Source of the DNA: Chromera velia
Lineage: Eukaryota
Assembly: GCA_018398765.1 (NCBI GenBank)
Contig: JAHBMJ010000176.1
Span: 1-54,959, forward strand
Direction of reading: 5' to 3'
DNA: 54,959 nucleotides
Shown: piece after piece, positions 1 to 11,400 of the stretch
Layout: the number at the start of each line of letters is the position of its first letter
Position numbering within the stretch: position 1 is the stretch's first letter
Notes under the pieces: generated by a model
What the model was told of the DNA's origin: nothing
What the model saw: the letters and a program-made list of their open reading frames with translations, nothing else
The model's database searches: none
Program-made: the position numbers and the translations under genes

Positions 1-1059
1 ACATTCCAGGAATAGCGCGCTGTCAGAAAGAGGCTTCTTCTGTGACTGGCAGCTTGGCTGCAAGAAGCGGGAAATACGGGGAAAGAGGTGATTGGTTCAT
101 GAAAGACGTGTTGAAGTGTCGGACAAGGTGTTTTGAAAGCGAAAGAGGCTTGTTTAAGAAATTGATATACTTTTTAGAGATACTTATTCAAGTCCTGGCT
201 ACTCTGCCTAGATTGAACCAAAATATTAACCTTAAGCATAAGCTTAATGTACGTTATAATTACGTTACAGTATGATATAAAATTTTCTACTCAAATTGCT
301 AGCTTAATTGCTAGTTGAATGATGGTTTATATATTAACATTTATTTTATATCTAACTAGTTCATTTTAATAATATACCGTAATATATGTCAAAGTCCGAC
401 TTGAGGGCAAAAGTCCATTTATGAGGGCACAAGCCTCAGAGTCAGGATCAGAAAGAGAAACATTGTACCGAGCATGGTTCCACTTCCGTAAGGATGGAAG
501 TAGAATTGGATCACGCCCCAGGCAGTGGCACCGGAAGCGCAGAGAAGCCCCTGGAGTCCTTTGAAGAGCAGAAAGGACCGGAGAGGAAGGAAGAACTCAC
601 AGACCACCTGGGGAGTACACAAGCCAATGCCAAAGAACCCACTCGTTATCAACAACGATTTGTTGTCCTTTATCACATTCTCAGAAGGAATTGCCCGGAG
701 GAGCCATGACATTGCAGACACACACAAAAAGTGTTGAGTAAAGAAAAGAACGGGCTGCCACAGGGGCTGCTTCTCAACAAAGTGACCGACTGAAAAGTTT
801 TTCAGGGATGGCCAGCGGAACCGCACCCTTTGTTTTTCTACAGACATCGTGCGGGTGGAATTAGGGAACACACCTTACATCATATATATATATGGTCGCT
901 CTGTTTCCTGACCACCCTTACGGAAGCCCGCTCCTGCGGCCACTGATCAAGAATCATATGCATAGGATCTGCTATCAGAACTTGAAATAACCCGTTACCG
1001 CTGCTAAGTATATGAAAAACTGTCACCATTGAAGAGAAGGAAAGGTGTATGCCGGAGTA

Positions 1060-1614
1060 TTAATACATTTTTTTAGTGTCTGACCTTTCTGCATGGGACG
1101 CATGCGCGGCTGCTGCATGTACCGTATGTTGCAAATGAGTTGGCATAATTTCCCTAGGAGCCCACATATGCCTAGTCTTGGTACTAGTAACTAAACTGAC
1201 CAAATTATAGCGAGGACGACCTGGTCGTTCGTGGCAGCTCATACAACGTAAGCGGCAACGCCTCGCCTCCCAACACAGGTCATCGAAAAAGGACTGCCAC
1301 TCATCATGCCTCAACTTGAGAAAGTCAAGGTTGCATAGACGTAGTCGATACTCTGTGTCCTGGACGGGGCAGATGTGATCCATCTCAAGATTCTAGCGAA
1401 AGAAAGTGATCTTTCGCCGTCTCCCTCTTCCAGGTATCCATCTAAATTGTTCCACTAACTGCAGAGGCTCCCCACAGCCAGTCTGCCCACACACACCGCC
1501 CATTCCCATTAAGATCCATGCATGTGCGTGCTGAGTAAGCGCATGTCGCTCTTCTCGCGATGGGACAGACGAGGGAGAAGGAAGGAGACAGGAAGCAACA
1601 GGTGTGCCCCCCAT
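1060..1614 (-). pseudogene. HNH endonuclease-like ORF, copy 1, interrupted by a premature TAG at 1393-1395
   Basis: ORFs 1393-1614 and 1060-1383 are in one frame; TAG here corresponds to TGG in copy 2; motifs GGVCGQTGC...LEMDHICP...CRLRCMSCH. Confidence 0.65.
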
Positions 1615-1917
1615 GAAAGTCGCAATCTTTAACGCTTTAGTCTACCTGTGAAAATTTGCGAGATTGAACTCTTTATAAGTGGAGCCTGCTCGACTATATA
1701 TGGTTCTAAAGGGTCTTGAGCTTCATTATGAGGTAGCTTTTCATATGGTAGTAGTAGAGAGCTGAATCTGCTGTTTGATCAATTTTTAGCTCTGGTATCA
1801 TAATCACGATACGTAGACGGTCAGCATGATTGATGTATACACATGTAGCCGGGCCCGCTAGGCGGATGCATGCATACATTTAAATTCAACAGTGCCAACT
1901 GATTTGCAACGAGCTAT
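1121..1917. repeat. Direct repeat copy 1 (~797 bp) containing HNH-like ORF and its upstream region
   Basis: Colinear with 3338-4132 from ccgtatgttg to gcaacgagctat; about 21 substitutions by eye, no indels seen. Confidence 0.95.
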
Positions 1918-2039
1918 CTGAGATTGCCCTTTGTCTTACCTATAATTAATTACTTATAATCTGAACAACACTTGTCAAGTTCTTCATACATAACCAATAT
2001 CATCATCAGCCGTTCTATACAATTNNNNNNNNNNNGTGC

Positions 2040-3199
2040 ATGATGAAAGGTAAGGCAATTGGTGAAGCGGCTGCTTCAATCATTCATGCTTGGGCACAGA
2101 GTACTAAGAAGAGATTTCGTGTTGCTTTGTCTCCGCAACAGCTTGCAGAAGACATCAGTGCTAGTGGTTTTCAAGTCAGCAGTCGAACCATCCGTCGCAT
2201 TCTCAATAAAAAAGTAGCAAAAGAGCCCGTGTACAAGCGCCACCATAGAGTTCAACAGAGGACTTTTACAGCAAAGGATGAGGAGGACATTGTGCGCTTC
2301 GTTCGAGAGGCAGGCCTCTATGGAATCTCCTGCAGAGAAGTCACCCGGAAGCTCAATGCACGAGTGCGGAAGAAAAGCACTGTCAGTCCCACAAGATTCT
2401 TGCATGCATACATCATTCATTCCAGCCTTATGCAGTGTGTTCCTCTTTTTATCCTTGTTATGTGCAGCCATTCACCTTTTCCACTGTTTGGCGTCATATG
2501 ACCATGCGCATGAAAGACAGGCTTGAATTCAAGAAGCCAGACTACCATCCACCCATTTCATCAGACACCAAAGCACACAGGCTGTTATGGGCAAAGGAAA
2601 CAAAAGAACGGAAATGGAATTGGGAGAGAGTGATATTCATCGATGAAACACATTTCAAGATGGGGAGAAAGGGGGGCGTACGTAAGCAGTGGGTGCTGAA
2701 GGGTGCACCGTTGTGGCGTCCATACCTGCATCAGGAGGGGGAGGGATTCACCGCTGTCATTGCTTTTTCTGCACGTGATGACATGCCCACAATGATCCGC
2801 ATTTTTAAGTCATGTAAGAAAGAGAACTACAGAGACTTCTTAAAGGAAGTGATGCTGAAACGGAAGGACCCCGTTGCAGTGATGCATGACAATGCGCCTA
2901 CTCACCGTGCCTTGATCACACAGAGGTTCTGCAAAGAGAGAGGCATCGTCTTGGTCACTCAACCACCGTACTCACCTGATGTACAGCCAGTAGAGGATGT
3001 GATTGCATTGCTTAAGCATGAGGTGTATGGTGCAAACCATGTGTACAGCAACAGAGAAGCCCTGGAAACAGCTGTGCAGAAAGCTTTCAACGCATTCAAG
3101 CAAAACACACAGATGCGCACAAATCTTGCCATGTCCATGCCTGATCGCATTGAGAGACTAGAGAAAGCAAAAGGAGCATGGGCCGCAAAGAAAGCATGA
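2040..3199 (+). CDS. IS630/Tc1/mariner-superfamily DD34E transposase, exons 2040-2381 and 2468-3199
   Basis: N-terminal HTH-like segments (VSSRTIRRIL; FSTVWRH); catalytic motifs WERVIFIDE, MHDNAPTH, PPYSPDVQPVE with 34 residues between D and E; phase-0 GT-AG intron 2382-2467 joins the two ORFs in frame; 5' end abuts N gap 2025-2035. Confidence 0.92.
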
Positions 3200-3331
3200 C
3201 TGATACAAGACTAACCTGGAGAGAAACGGTTCCACCTCACTCTTCCTGCAAAGGTTTTTTTATGATGAATATTCCATATGAAATATTCATTCATCATCTT
3301 TCTCTATCACCCTAGAAAACGCTTGCAAAAT

Positions 3332-3829
3332 TCATGCCGTATGTTGTAAATGAGTTGGCACAATTTCCCTAGGAGCCCACATATGCCTAGTCTTGATACT
3401 AGTAACTAAACTGACCAAATTATAGCGAGGACGACCTGGTCGTTCGTGGCAGCTCATGCAACGTAAGCGGCAATGCCTCGCCTCCCAACACAGGTCATCG
3501 AAAAAGGACTGCCACTCGTCGTGCCTCAACTTGAGAAAGTTGAGGTTGCATAGACGTAGTCGATACTCTGTGTCCTGGACGGGGCAGATGTGATCCTTCT
3601 CAAGATTCCAGCGAAAGAAAGTGATCTTTCGCCGTCTCCCTCTTCCAGGTATCCATCTAAATTGTTCCACTAACTGCAGAGGCTCCCCACAGCCAGTCTG
3701 CCCACACACACCGCCCATTCCCATTAAGATCCATGCATGTGCGTGCTGAGTGAGCGCATGTCGCTCTTCTCGCGATGGGACAGACGAGGGAGAAGGAAGG
3801 AGACAGGAAGCAACAGGTGTGCCCCCCAT
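3332..3829 (-). CDS. HNH endonuclease-like protein (Zn-binding, phage-type), open copy 2
   Basis: MGGVCGQTGC...NLEKDHICP...EARHCRLRCMSCHER resembles the phage HNH pattern lGGkC..C...LEfDHidP...E..kC.lLC..CH. Confidence 0.65.
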   Translation of the reverse strand: MGGTPVASCLLPSPSSVPSREERHALTQHAHAWILMGMGGVCGQTGCGEPLQLVEQFRWIPGRGRRRKITFFRWNLEKDHICPVQDTEYRLRLCNLNFLKLRHDEWQSFFDDLCWEARHCRLRCMSCHERPGRPRYNLVSLVTSIKTRHMWAPREIVPTHLQHTA

Positions 3830-4132
3830 GAAAGTCGCAATCTTTAACGCTTTAGTCTACCTGTGAAAATTTGCGAGATTGAACTCTTTATAAGTGGAGC
3901 CTGCTCGACTATATATAGTTCTAAAGAGTCTTGAGCTTCATTATGAGATAGCTTTTCATATGGTAGTAGTTGAGAGCTGAATCTGCTGTTTGATCAGTTT
4001 TTAGCTCTGGTATCATAATCACGATACGTAGACGGTCAGCATGATTGATGCATACACATGCAGCCAGGCCCGCTAGGCGGATGCATGCATACATTTAAAT
4101 TCAACAATGCCAACTGATTTGCAACGAGCTAT
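3338..4132. repeat. Direct repeat copy 2
   Basis: Near-identical to 1121-1917. Confidence 0.95.
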
Positions 4133-4560
4133 ACAAAGCATTGGACATATGATAAATAAAAAAAAAAGACCCAGCAAGATACCGAAATCATGACATAATC
4201 ACAGACATATAGTCTTTAATTGCAAAAAAAATTTCTTTTTTTTTTTTCTTTTCGTCTTTTCACTGACATTTCTAGTAACATTTTTGGTTGTTTTGCACAA
4301 TAAAAGTTTGTGTAGCTAACCTATATTATAAAAAGCTTTTAGGCTTTGAATGAGGCGACTTTTGGCCGCTAAAAACACTAAAAATCAACCGTAGAAACCC
4401 AGCTGTCATATAGTAAACGATGCACCTTATTTTACACCTGTTTTGCACCTGATTTAAGGTGCAAACTTGTTTTTGCACCAGCACCAGCTTCTTATGCACC
4501 TTATGCACCTTAATTTTCATACAGTGTCTAAATATAACGTTGAAAGTCTGAATATGCATG

Positions 4561-6019
4561 TCAGTCTGCAGAGGCTCCCGCTGGTACCAGAAGTGCTTTC
4601 ATCTCAGAAGACCTGTTGAGCTGCACAGCAAGCTCATGAGGGGTCTTTTCGTCCCTATCTCTCAACTGGAGGTTTGCACCTCTTTGAACGAGGAGGCGTA
4701 CAATTCTAATCACACCCCATTTGATAGTATGATGCAGAGGTGTTGAACGTGCCCTTTGTGTGTGAGCATTCACATCGGCACCGTGATTCAAGAGGATCTC
4801 TAAGACCCTCCTCACAGACGTAATGAAACTCTTCTTCCTGGTGTGGGGACTGTCATGGCGGATCCCTCCAGGAATTGCCATCCTAATCGGAGTTGTGCCA
4901 AACCGGCAGGGCACATTAACCCTGGCACCGTTGTTGACCAGAATCTGCACGTATGCGGGTCTAGCTCTCATTGTAGCATTGATCAAAGCTGAATTGTCAT
5001 CATCATCAACAGCATTGATATCGACCCCCTTTCCAAGGGAGAGCAACAGTAAATCCTCAAATTCCTGCCAGGAAAAAAAATGAATGAGAGATTCATCCTC
5101 ACGCCCCCCCGGAGGGCTAATCCTCAGATCAGCCACGTCGGACGTTTTCACGAGAAGATCTTTCAAGGCCGCACTGATGGTAGAGCGAACAGTGGGGTTC
5201 CCCTTTTGAGGGTTATAGTTCGGTTTGATCCATTCGTACTCTTCACTCCCAGTGTTCAGGTGTCGCTCTGCCGTCTCACAAGCGACTTGCATCCCTCCCC
5301 CTCGCATTCACGTTTGCCCCCTTTGCAATCAACGACCAAACCATTTCCCACCGACGTAGACAGCACGCAACGATCACAACCATGTCGCCTTTGCGTACAT
5401 CCCTGACACTCGTGCCTTTTGGCACCTTCCCTGCTTTGACCTCCAAGTCCGGATGGTCACTCAATATCATCTCAAAGGCTTCCATGTTGTTCGCACACAT
5501 AGCCCTGATCATAGCCGTCTGGCCCTCTGCAAGTTCATTCACATCTGCCCCCACTTTCAGGCAAAGGCGAAAGTCGTCTCCCTGACTTGTATCCTTAAAT
5601 AAGTTAGACATCGACAGCTTGAACGTCTCTGCCGACAAAGGTCGAAACTCATGAATCACACCCCCCATGCCCAACTCGTACAGGTGACCCACGTCTATCC
5701 TGACGTGCCTGCTGATCACCTCACCAATCTGCCTCTCGCCAATCTGCCTTCTCATTTGTTTTGACAGGTTCTCTACCGCCACCTAGACTGCCACAAGAGC
5801 TGTGACGTCCTTGGGGTGCATACAGGGGACAGTCATTTCCGCAGCAGCAGCTGCAGCTGCTGGCTCCTCATCCCTGTGTTCTACCCTCAAAGTGTGCTCA
5901 AGAATCTCAAGTTTCCTCTGGATGTACTGGAACTCAGAGGTGACAGAAGCCTGCAACGACTTCAATTGCTGCAGGTACTCTCCAGCTGTTAAGAGTAAAG
6001 CAACACCTGCCTCTGTCAT
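4561..6019 (-). pseudogene. Ankyrin-repeat protein, disrupted
   Basis: Ankyrin motifs GADVN, GANVNAR, GVDINAVDDDDNSALI, TPLHHTIKWG...LLVQRGAN; in-frame TAG at 5783-5785 and a frameshift near 5290-5305. Confidence 0.8.
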
Positions 6020-7752
6020 TTTGGATCAAGAAAATTGTTAGGGTATGACACCTAAAAAAAAAAAAAAATATAATTTAATTACAAACCTTAGGGGTATGTG
6101 TCACTCTGATTAGTTATAACTCTAAAAAGTGGTTTTTTTAGGTTTTTAGGATGAACTGAGCTTATTCCTACGATAACACAACTTTTTAAATTAAATCTTG
6201 TGACCTTTTATATATAGGAAAATCAATTTGCCCTCTGAGGTTCGCAAACGCTCATGACGTTGGTTTGCAAACCTAATCCCCTAACCTAACCAAACCTGTC
6301 TAAACCTGGTTCCAAATGGCTTTTGCATGAATACAAAGAAGATGTAAAGCAAACATAACCTGGCACTTTACCAGGAAATATCAGACAAACCGATCATTCA
6401 ACGAATGTAGGAAATTGAGTGTAAGTTCTACTCCGTTGCGGATGGACAAACAAAGCTCTTCACGGTGTGGTGGCCACCTGGAAAGGCAAAGTTTGTCCTA
6501 ACCAAATTCCTCAATCATGTGTATGGTTTCTACGGATCGATCGAAAGACGATCAAGCAAACAAAGATTGTGCCGGAAAAGAAGAGAGGGGAAAAGGGGGG
6601 GGAGCAGGACAAGGAGAATACAGTGGCTGCTGTGAATGCTGATACGAGCGAGGCTGTATCCCTTTCCTGAAACACTCATGCACAGTCATGAACAGAGTGT
6701 TACAGACGTGGTCCTACCGGTAAAAACATACAAAATGTGCTTTTAACAGATCATTCACATAGAGATTTCAGAAGTTTGACCAGGCTTGGATGGGTTTGAA
6801 GAGGTTTGAAAGGTTTGAGTCTGGTATGACCATGGTTTCCAAACTAATTCTAAACCTTATATAGCGAATAGGTTTTAAACTCATCTGAACCTACCCTAAC
6901 CTACCCTGACCTTAGCCACTTGACCCTATTTTAGCGTTTTTTAAGCTTTTCTAGTAAATTGAGCTCCAAAAATCTCTTGTAAAACGTCAAAATTTTAATT
7001 TCTTATTGAAAAACCTAACTTCAAACCTAAGGTACCCTCATAGAGTATCAGACCCTAGGAAAATTGCTCACTGAGTGTAATGCCAGAGTCGTGCACAATA
7101 TTAGCAGGCGTTCTCTCGTAAGGAGTGCTCTTCGAGTGTGACAATTGGGTTGGAGAGAGTCTCCCAGAGAGAAAGGTGTGGAAGGGTAACTTCAAGTTTG
7201 GGTTAGCTGCATATCCACCGACCGATACATGCAGATTCTCCTTTGCTTCGCTCATGCATGCTTCGCTCGAAACGCGCGGGCTCTGCATGCATGTGTCTCG
7301 GTTCGATCGGCGGACGCGCGCGCCGTCTCGCCGTCTCCTCTTGTCTCGTACGTGTCAGATATATAGCATCTACATATACACCCACCCCATCTCCGTCGAC
7401 TCAATCGACGATCGACTGACCGATTACGTCGTTACGTCGTCGTATCAGACGTTATGACAGATGATCCTGAGTGACTGCTCATTTAGTAGTCCAACATCGT
7501 GCCTTGATTTGATTTGATGCGGGCGCGTTGAGGACGGGCGCTTGACGACACTTCAGTTCTCTGTCCGCTATTCAGGGGAGACCGACAGCTTTGCTGCGAT
7601 CAGGCCGACAGGTCGAAATCTGATCGATCGATTTGCGATTATCGGACACTCAAGTAGACAGGGAGGGTACTGTTTCCTAGATACGCACGCTTTCTGCTCT
7701 GCAGATTCACTGTTTTGATGTGTGTTGACGCAGGAGGAAATTTGTTCGCCTT

Positions 7753-9001
7753 GTGTGTCACCAGTTTGCAAACAGCTACGTGCGTAAAAAGATTTGGGTA
7801 GTGATGGAGGATGTGTTGAAGGAAGCCTGGTGGGTGAGTCTGCGTGATGGCGAATTTCGGGAGGAAGAGAAGAGACTGGTGGAAGCCCTGCTGAAGCAGC
7901 ACGAGACGGAAAGAGAGAACGAGGCCTTGGAAGAAGTCGGAAGGTTCATTGGAACGAAGTTGAGCGCTCTGAGGCAGACTTTTTTGCGAGAGTGGATGGA
8001 CTGCCTGGGGTCTTGGTGGGTGCCCTTCTGCCTCACGCGAGTCTGGAGGTGGGTAGATGATTGTTGGCACCTTTGTTTCCCGTATTGAAGCACTGTTTGT
8101 TAATTTCATTTTTTATTTTGGCATCCATGACTGCGTTGAAGTTTGCAGGTGGTGCGGAGAGCAGCTGGTTTGGCCGTTTCTGCATGAAGAGAACGAGGCA
8201 GACAGACTGACTGCAGACGAACTACGCGAGTGCTGTCGACCCCGGAAGCTGAAGGATCCTTTGCGACGGATTCGGAGTTTTGGAATGTGAAAAGTGGACC
8301 TTGCTGGGTGTTTTGCTGTTCTGACAGATCTCGGAGGGGGGGGATACGAGCGGAGTCAGCTTCACTTGTTTGCCCTTAAGAAGAATTGGCAGAGATTTGG
8401 AATCGGTCCTCATCGCGACCTCCGCAGACTGCTACGTCGGGCGTGTGTGTGGCTGTGGACATTCAAGGGCACAATTTTGTCCTTGGTGGGAACAAAAGTA
8501 ACACTGAAGCTAGCAAAGAGTTTGGGTGTGGTTGTGGCAGCTCGATGTTTTATTCAGTACTTCGTCTGTCTGCTTGAAATTGTTCGTGAGGTTTTGCCGT
8601 CAGGTGAGATTGTGGCCTCCTGGGTGCTGTTCCTTCCCCTGTGGTGTGGGGAGTGTGTCGCCAAGTGGATGCTGGGGGTTCTGGGTAGCAGGCATTCCTC
8701 GTGCATAAGAAGAAACGAAGTAGAGGAGGACTCTTTTGACCTTTTGTGTTGGAGTCCTTTACTTCATTCGACCTTCCATGTGAAGGTGAATGCCGTCTCC
8801 TTGTTTTTCTACCTGTACGTTGGGGCTGTGGGTTTCTTGATCTTTAGCAGAGTGATGAGCAGATTGACGAGACTGATTCGATTGTTTGGAGAGGCGATGA
8901 TCCCAAGAAGGCCCCTCCTGTACATCAAAATGAAACACACAGCCACAAGACTCAGAGAGCCTGCGGGGGAGGGAGTTCTTTGTCGAAGAGAAAGACTTTG
9001 A
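7753..9001 (+). pseudogene. Disrupted hypothetical membrane-protein gene
   Basis: Three successive protein-like ORFs with hydrophobic segments; frameshift near 8060 and in-frame TGA at 8288-8290; no family recognised. Confidence 0.35.
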
Positions 9002-9646
9002 AGAGTGATCAAATTTCAATTTGATTCTACAAAAAGGCAGACAACAGGGCAGGAACACCGAATGACTCCTGACAGGTGCAGACAGTTAACGAAAGGCATC
9101 CAGACAGAAGCGAACACACGGTTGAGAAGGGTCTGGCCGGCCATTTGTTGTTTAGTCCGAGGAGCCATGTGTTGATTTCATAGGTACAAGTGACGTGCGC
9201 TCTGTGGCATATTTCTGCAGAAACAGTTTATATTTTCACAATGACATTTGACCCGTTGTCTAGCCCGTCGTCCGGCGTGTCAACTGAGCAGCATTTTCTT
9301 GTGTCATTCTGCCTTGCTCTTTTGCACTTCCGTGCGTCTTTCCTCTCTCTTCTTTCTCCTCTCTCTTCATCTTTTCTCTGTTTTCCACCTCTTTCATCTC
9401 TCCTTTTGCTCTCTCTTCTCCCTTTTCCTCGTTACTCTTCTTCTTTCTCTCCCCATGCAGCCATGCTCTCCCTCATTTGCTCTCTGGATCCTTCTATGCT
9501 TGAATTCCTTCCAGATTTCCTTTCAAGGTCTTCGTCTGTTGCCCGATTTCCTTGACACTCTTGCTAGCACTCTTGGCCGTCGGCGCCTCGCACCTTCGTA
9601 GCCTCGCACCCTGGCTCGCACCTGATTGCATATCAATGAATAGTAT

Positions 9647-9707
9647 TCATTCTATCATTGATTCTAGTATTCAATGACATTGAATACTAGAATCAATGAT
9701 AGAATGA
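9647..9707. repeat. Perfect 30-bp inverted repeat with 1-nt spacer
   Basis: tcattctatcattgattctagtattcaatg-a-cattgaatactagaatcaatgatagaatga. Confidence 0.95.
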
Positions 9708-10000
9708 CTATTAAACTAAATATCAAAGTATTATCAATCGATCAATGAAGAGCTTACATGAACTTTCAGTATCTTTCAGTTGCGATATCAATCTAAATAT
9801 CAATCTAGTACCCCAGCTAGTATGGTAGTAGTACCCTTCCAGGGGGCCTTCCTATATTTTTGTGTCTATATTTTTTAAAAAAATTCTTGATTTAAAAAAC
9901 GGTCAGCTAGTATATACACGAAAACTCAAATAAAATCGATCACTACGAATCATAACATTTTCCTCTAATTTGGCTCTAAATTTCACCATACATATACCCG

Positions 10001-10072
10001 TGATGATGATGATGATGAGGTGACTTAACCCGCCAGCCATCGTGTCGGACGACGTGTTCCAATGGCAAAGGG
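10001..10072 (-). repeat. Short dispersed repeat: stem-loop plus (CAT)n tail, copy A
   Basis: Similar to 26185-26246. Confidence 0.7.
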
Positions 10073-10497
10073 TGAGCAACCCGTATGCCGCTTCCAAAGA
10101 TGACACCCCCTGGACTGCCGTCCTCTCTTCCCAAGCTCAAGAGAAGAAAACAAAGCACGCAGGGGCATGTGGGGATAAGGGATACGACTTCATACCACTC
10201 GTGAGTCTAGTTGATGGCACACTGCACAAGGAAACCATTCAAACCAACACATTTCTGTGCAGGCTGGCCGGACTGTTAAGTGAGAAGTGGGAGCAGGGGT
10301 ATGGGAAGGTGTATGGACGAATCCGAGTGAGGCTGCAAGTCGTCCACCTACGGGTAGCAAGTGCGTGCATTATAGGGGCACGCGAGGCCACTCAGGCGAA
10401 GGGAGAGAGATGGAGGGAGCTAGGGGGGGAGTCAGCAGTGCACTCATCCTCATGGATGACTGAACCGTACAAAACTGATCGATCAACTAGAACTTAG
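10069..10497 (+). mobile_element. 3' fragment of a CRE-like non-LTR retrotransposon (restriction-like endonuclease C-terminus)
   Basis: RVSNPYAAS...QEKKTKH...FIPLVSLVDG...FLCRLAGLLSEKW...YGRIRVRL...RVASACIIGAR matches the C-terminal pattern of CRE-clade ORFs. Confidence 0.75.
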
Positions 10498-11297
10498 TGT
10501 GATACAATGTAGCTAGAGGTGTTGTAATAGTACGTAGATGGAAGGAAGAGTAAGAGAGAGGCGGACATGCTAGGAACGGATCTTAAATGCGGTTTCCCCC
10601 CATATATGTACATACATGCTAGCATATATGTCATCATATATCATCTTCTAGATCATCAGACTTTAAATTATTTTTTTGAATTGCACTCTAGACTAGACTG
10701 TAGATTGCACTGTGCATGCAGACAGCTTTTAAAACTCCTCATTGTCTACTATGTCTAGTCTATACTGGTTCATCTATTCATTTTTTATAATAGATTTCAT
10801 GATAAATTCATATTTCAAATACTCATTCAATTCAACTCGATCAATCGGATTCCTAGTCGGATTCGATCCATACAGCATTGTATATGGCAGTAAAATTTCT
10901 GAGCAAATTGATCCATACCATGCAACATCCTGCACTATTTCCATCTTTGTACAAGAGAAAATAGGAAACGCGGAGGGAATTATATACACATTAGGATTAG
11001 GATCTATGTCCAGAGGATTGGCCGTCCGCCCCAATGCCGAATGCCATGCTACAAAAATAAAATGAATTGAAAGGGCCCGGGCCGAGCAACAAAAAAACGG
11101 AAAACGAATTAAGGAATTTAAAGGAAAGCAACAGAAGTAGGCACAAAGAAGAGGGCCAAAGAAACCAACCGGTGTAAAAAAACAAGTGCTAGGAGGGAAC
11201 ATGCACCTTCCGACCCCCCATTTGTGCCGAGCCCTTTTTGGCACGTCTAGTAGACATTAACGAATGGAGGAGAGATTGCAGCGAATTGAAGAGTCAA

Positions 11298-11400
11298 AAG
11301 AAAGGAAGGAGGGAAGGAAGGAAGGAAGGAAGGAAGGAGGGAAGGAAGGAAGGAAGGAAGGAAGGAAGGAGGGAAGGAAGGAAGGAAGGAAGGAAGGAAG
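11298..11400. repeat. (GGAA)n microsatellite
   Basis: Visible tandem repeat. Confidence 0.9.

Noticed and set aside
421..565. Short frame ETLYRAWFHFRKDGSRIGSRPRQ resembling a Tc1 HTH/GRPR segment
   Set aside because: Too short and followed by stops; similarity could be chance
6226..7050. Region rich in aaacct/aggttt motifs, possible MITE or telomere-like sequence
   Set aside because: No clear TIR pair, TSD or regular telomeric array
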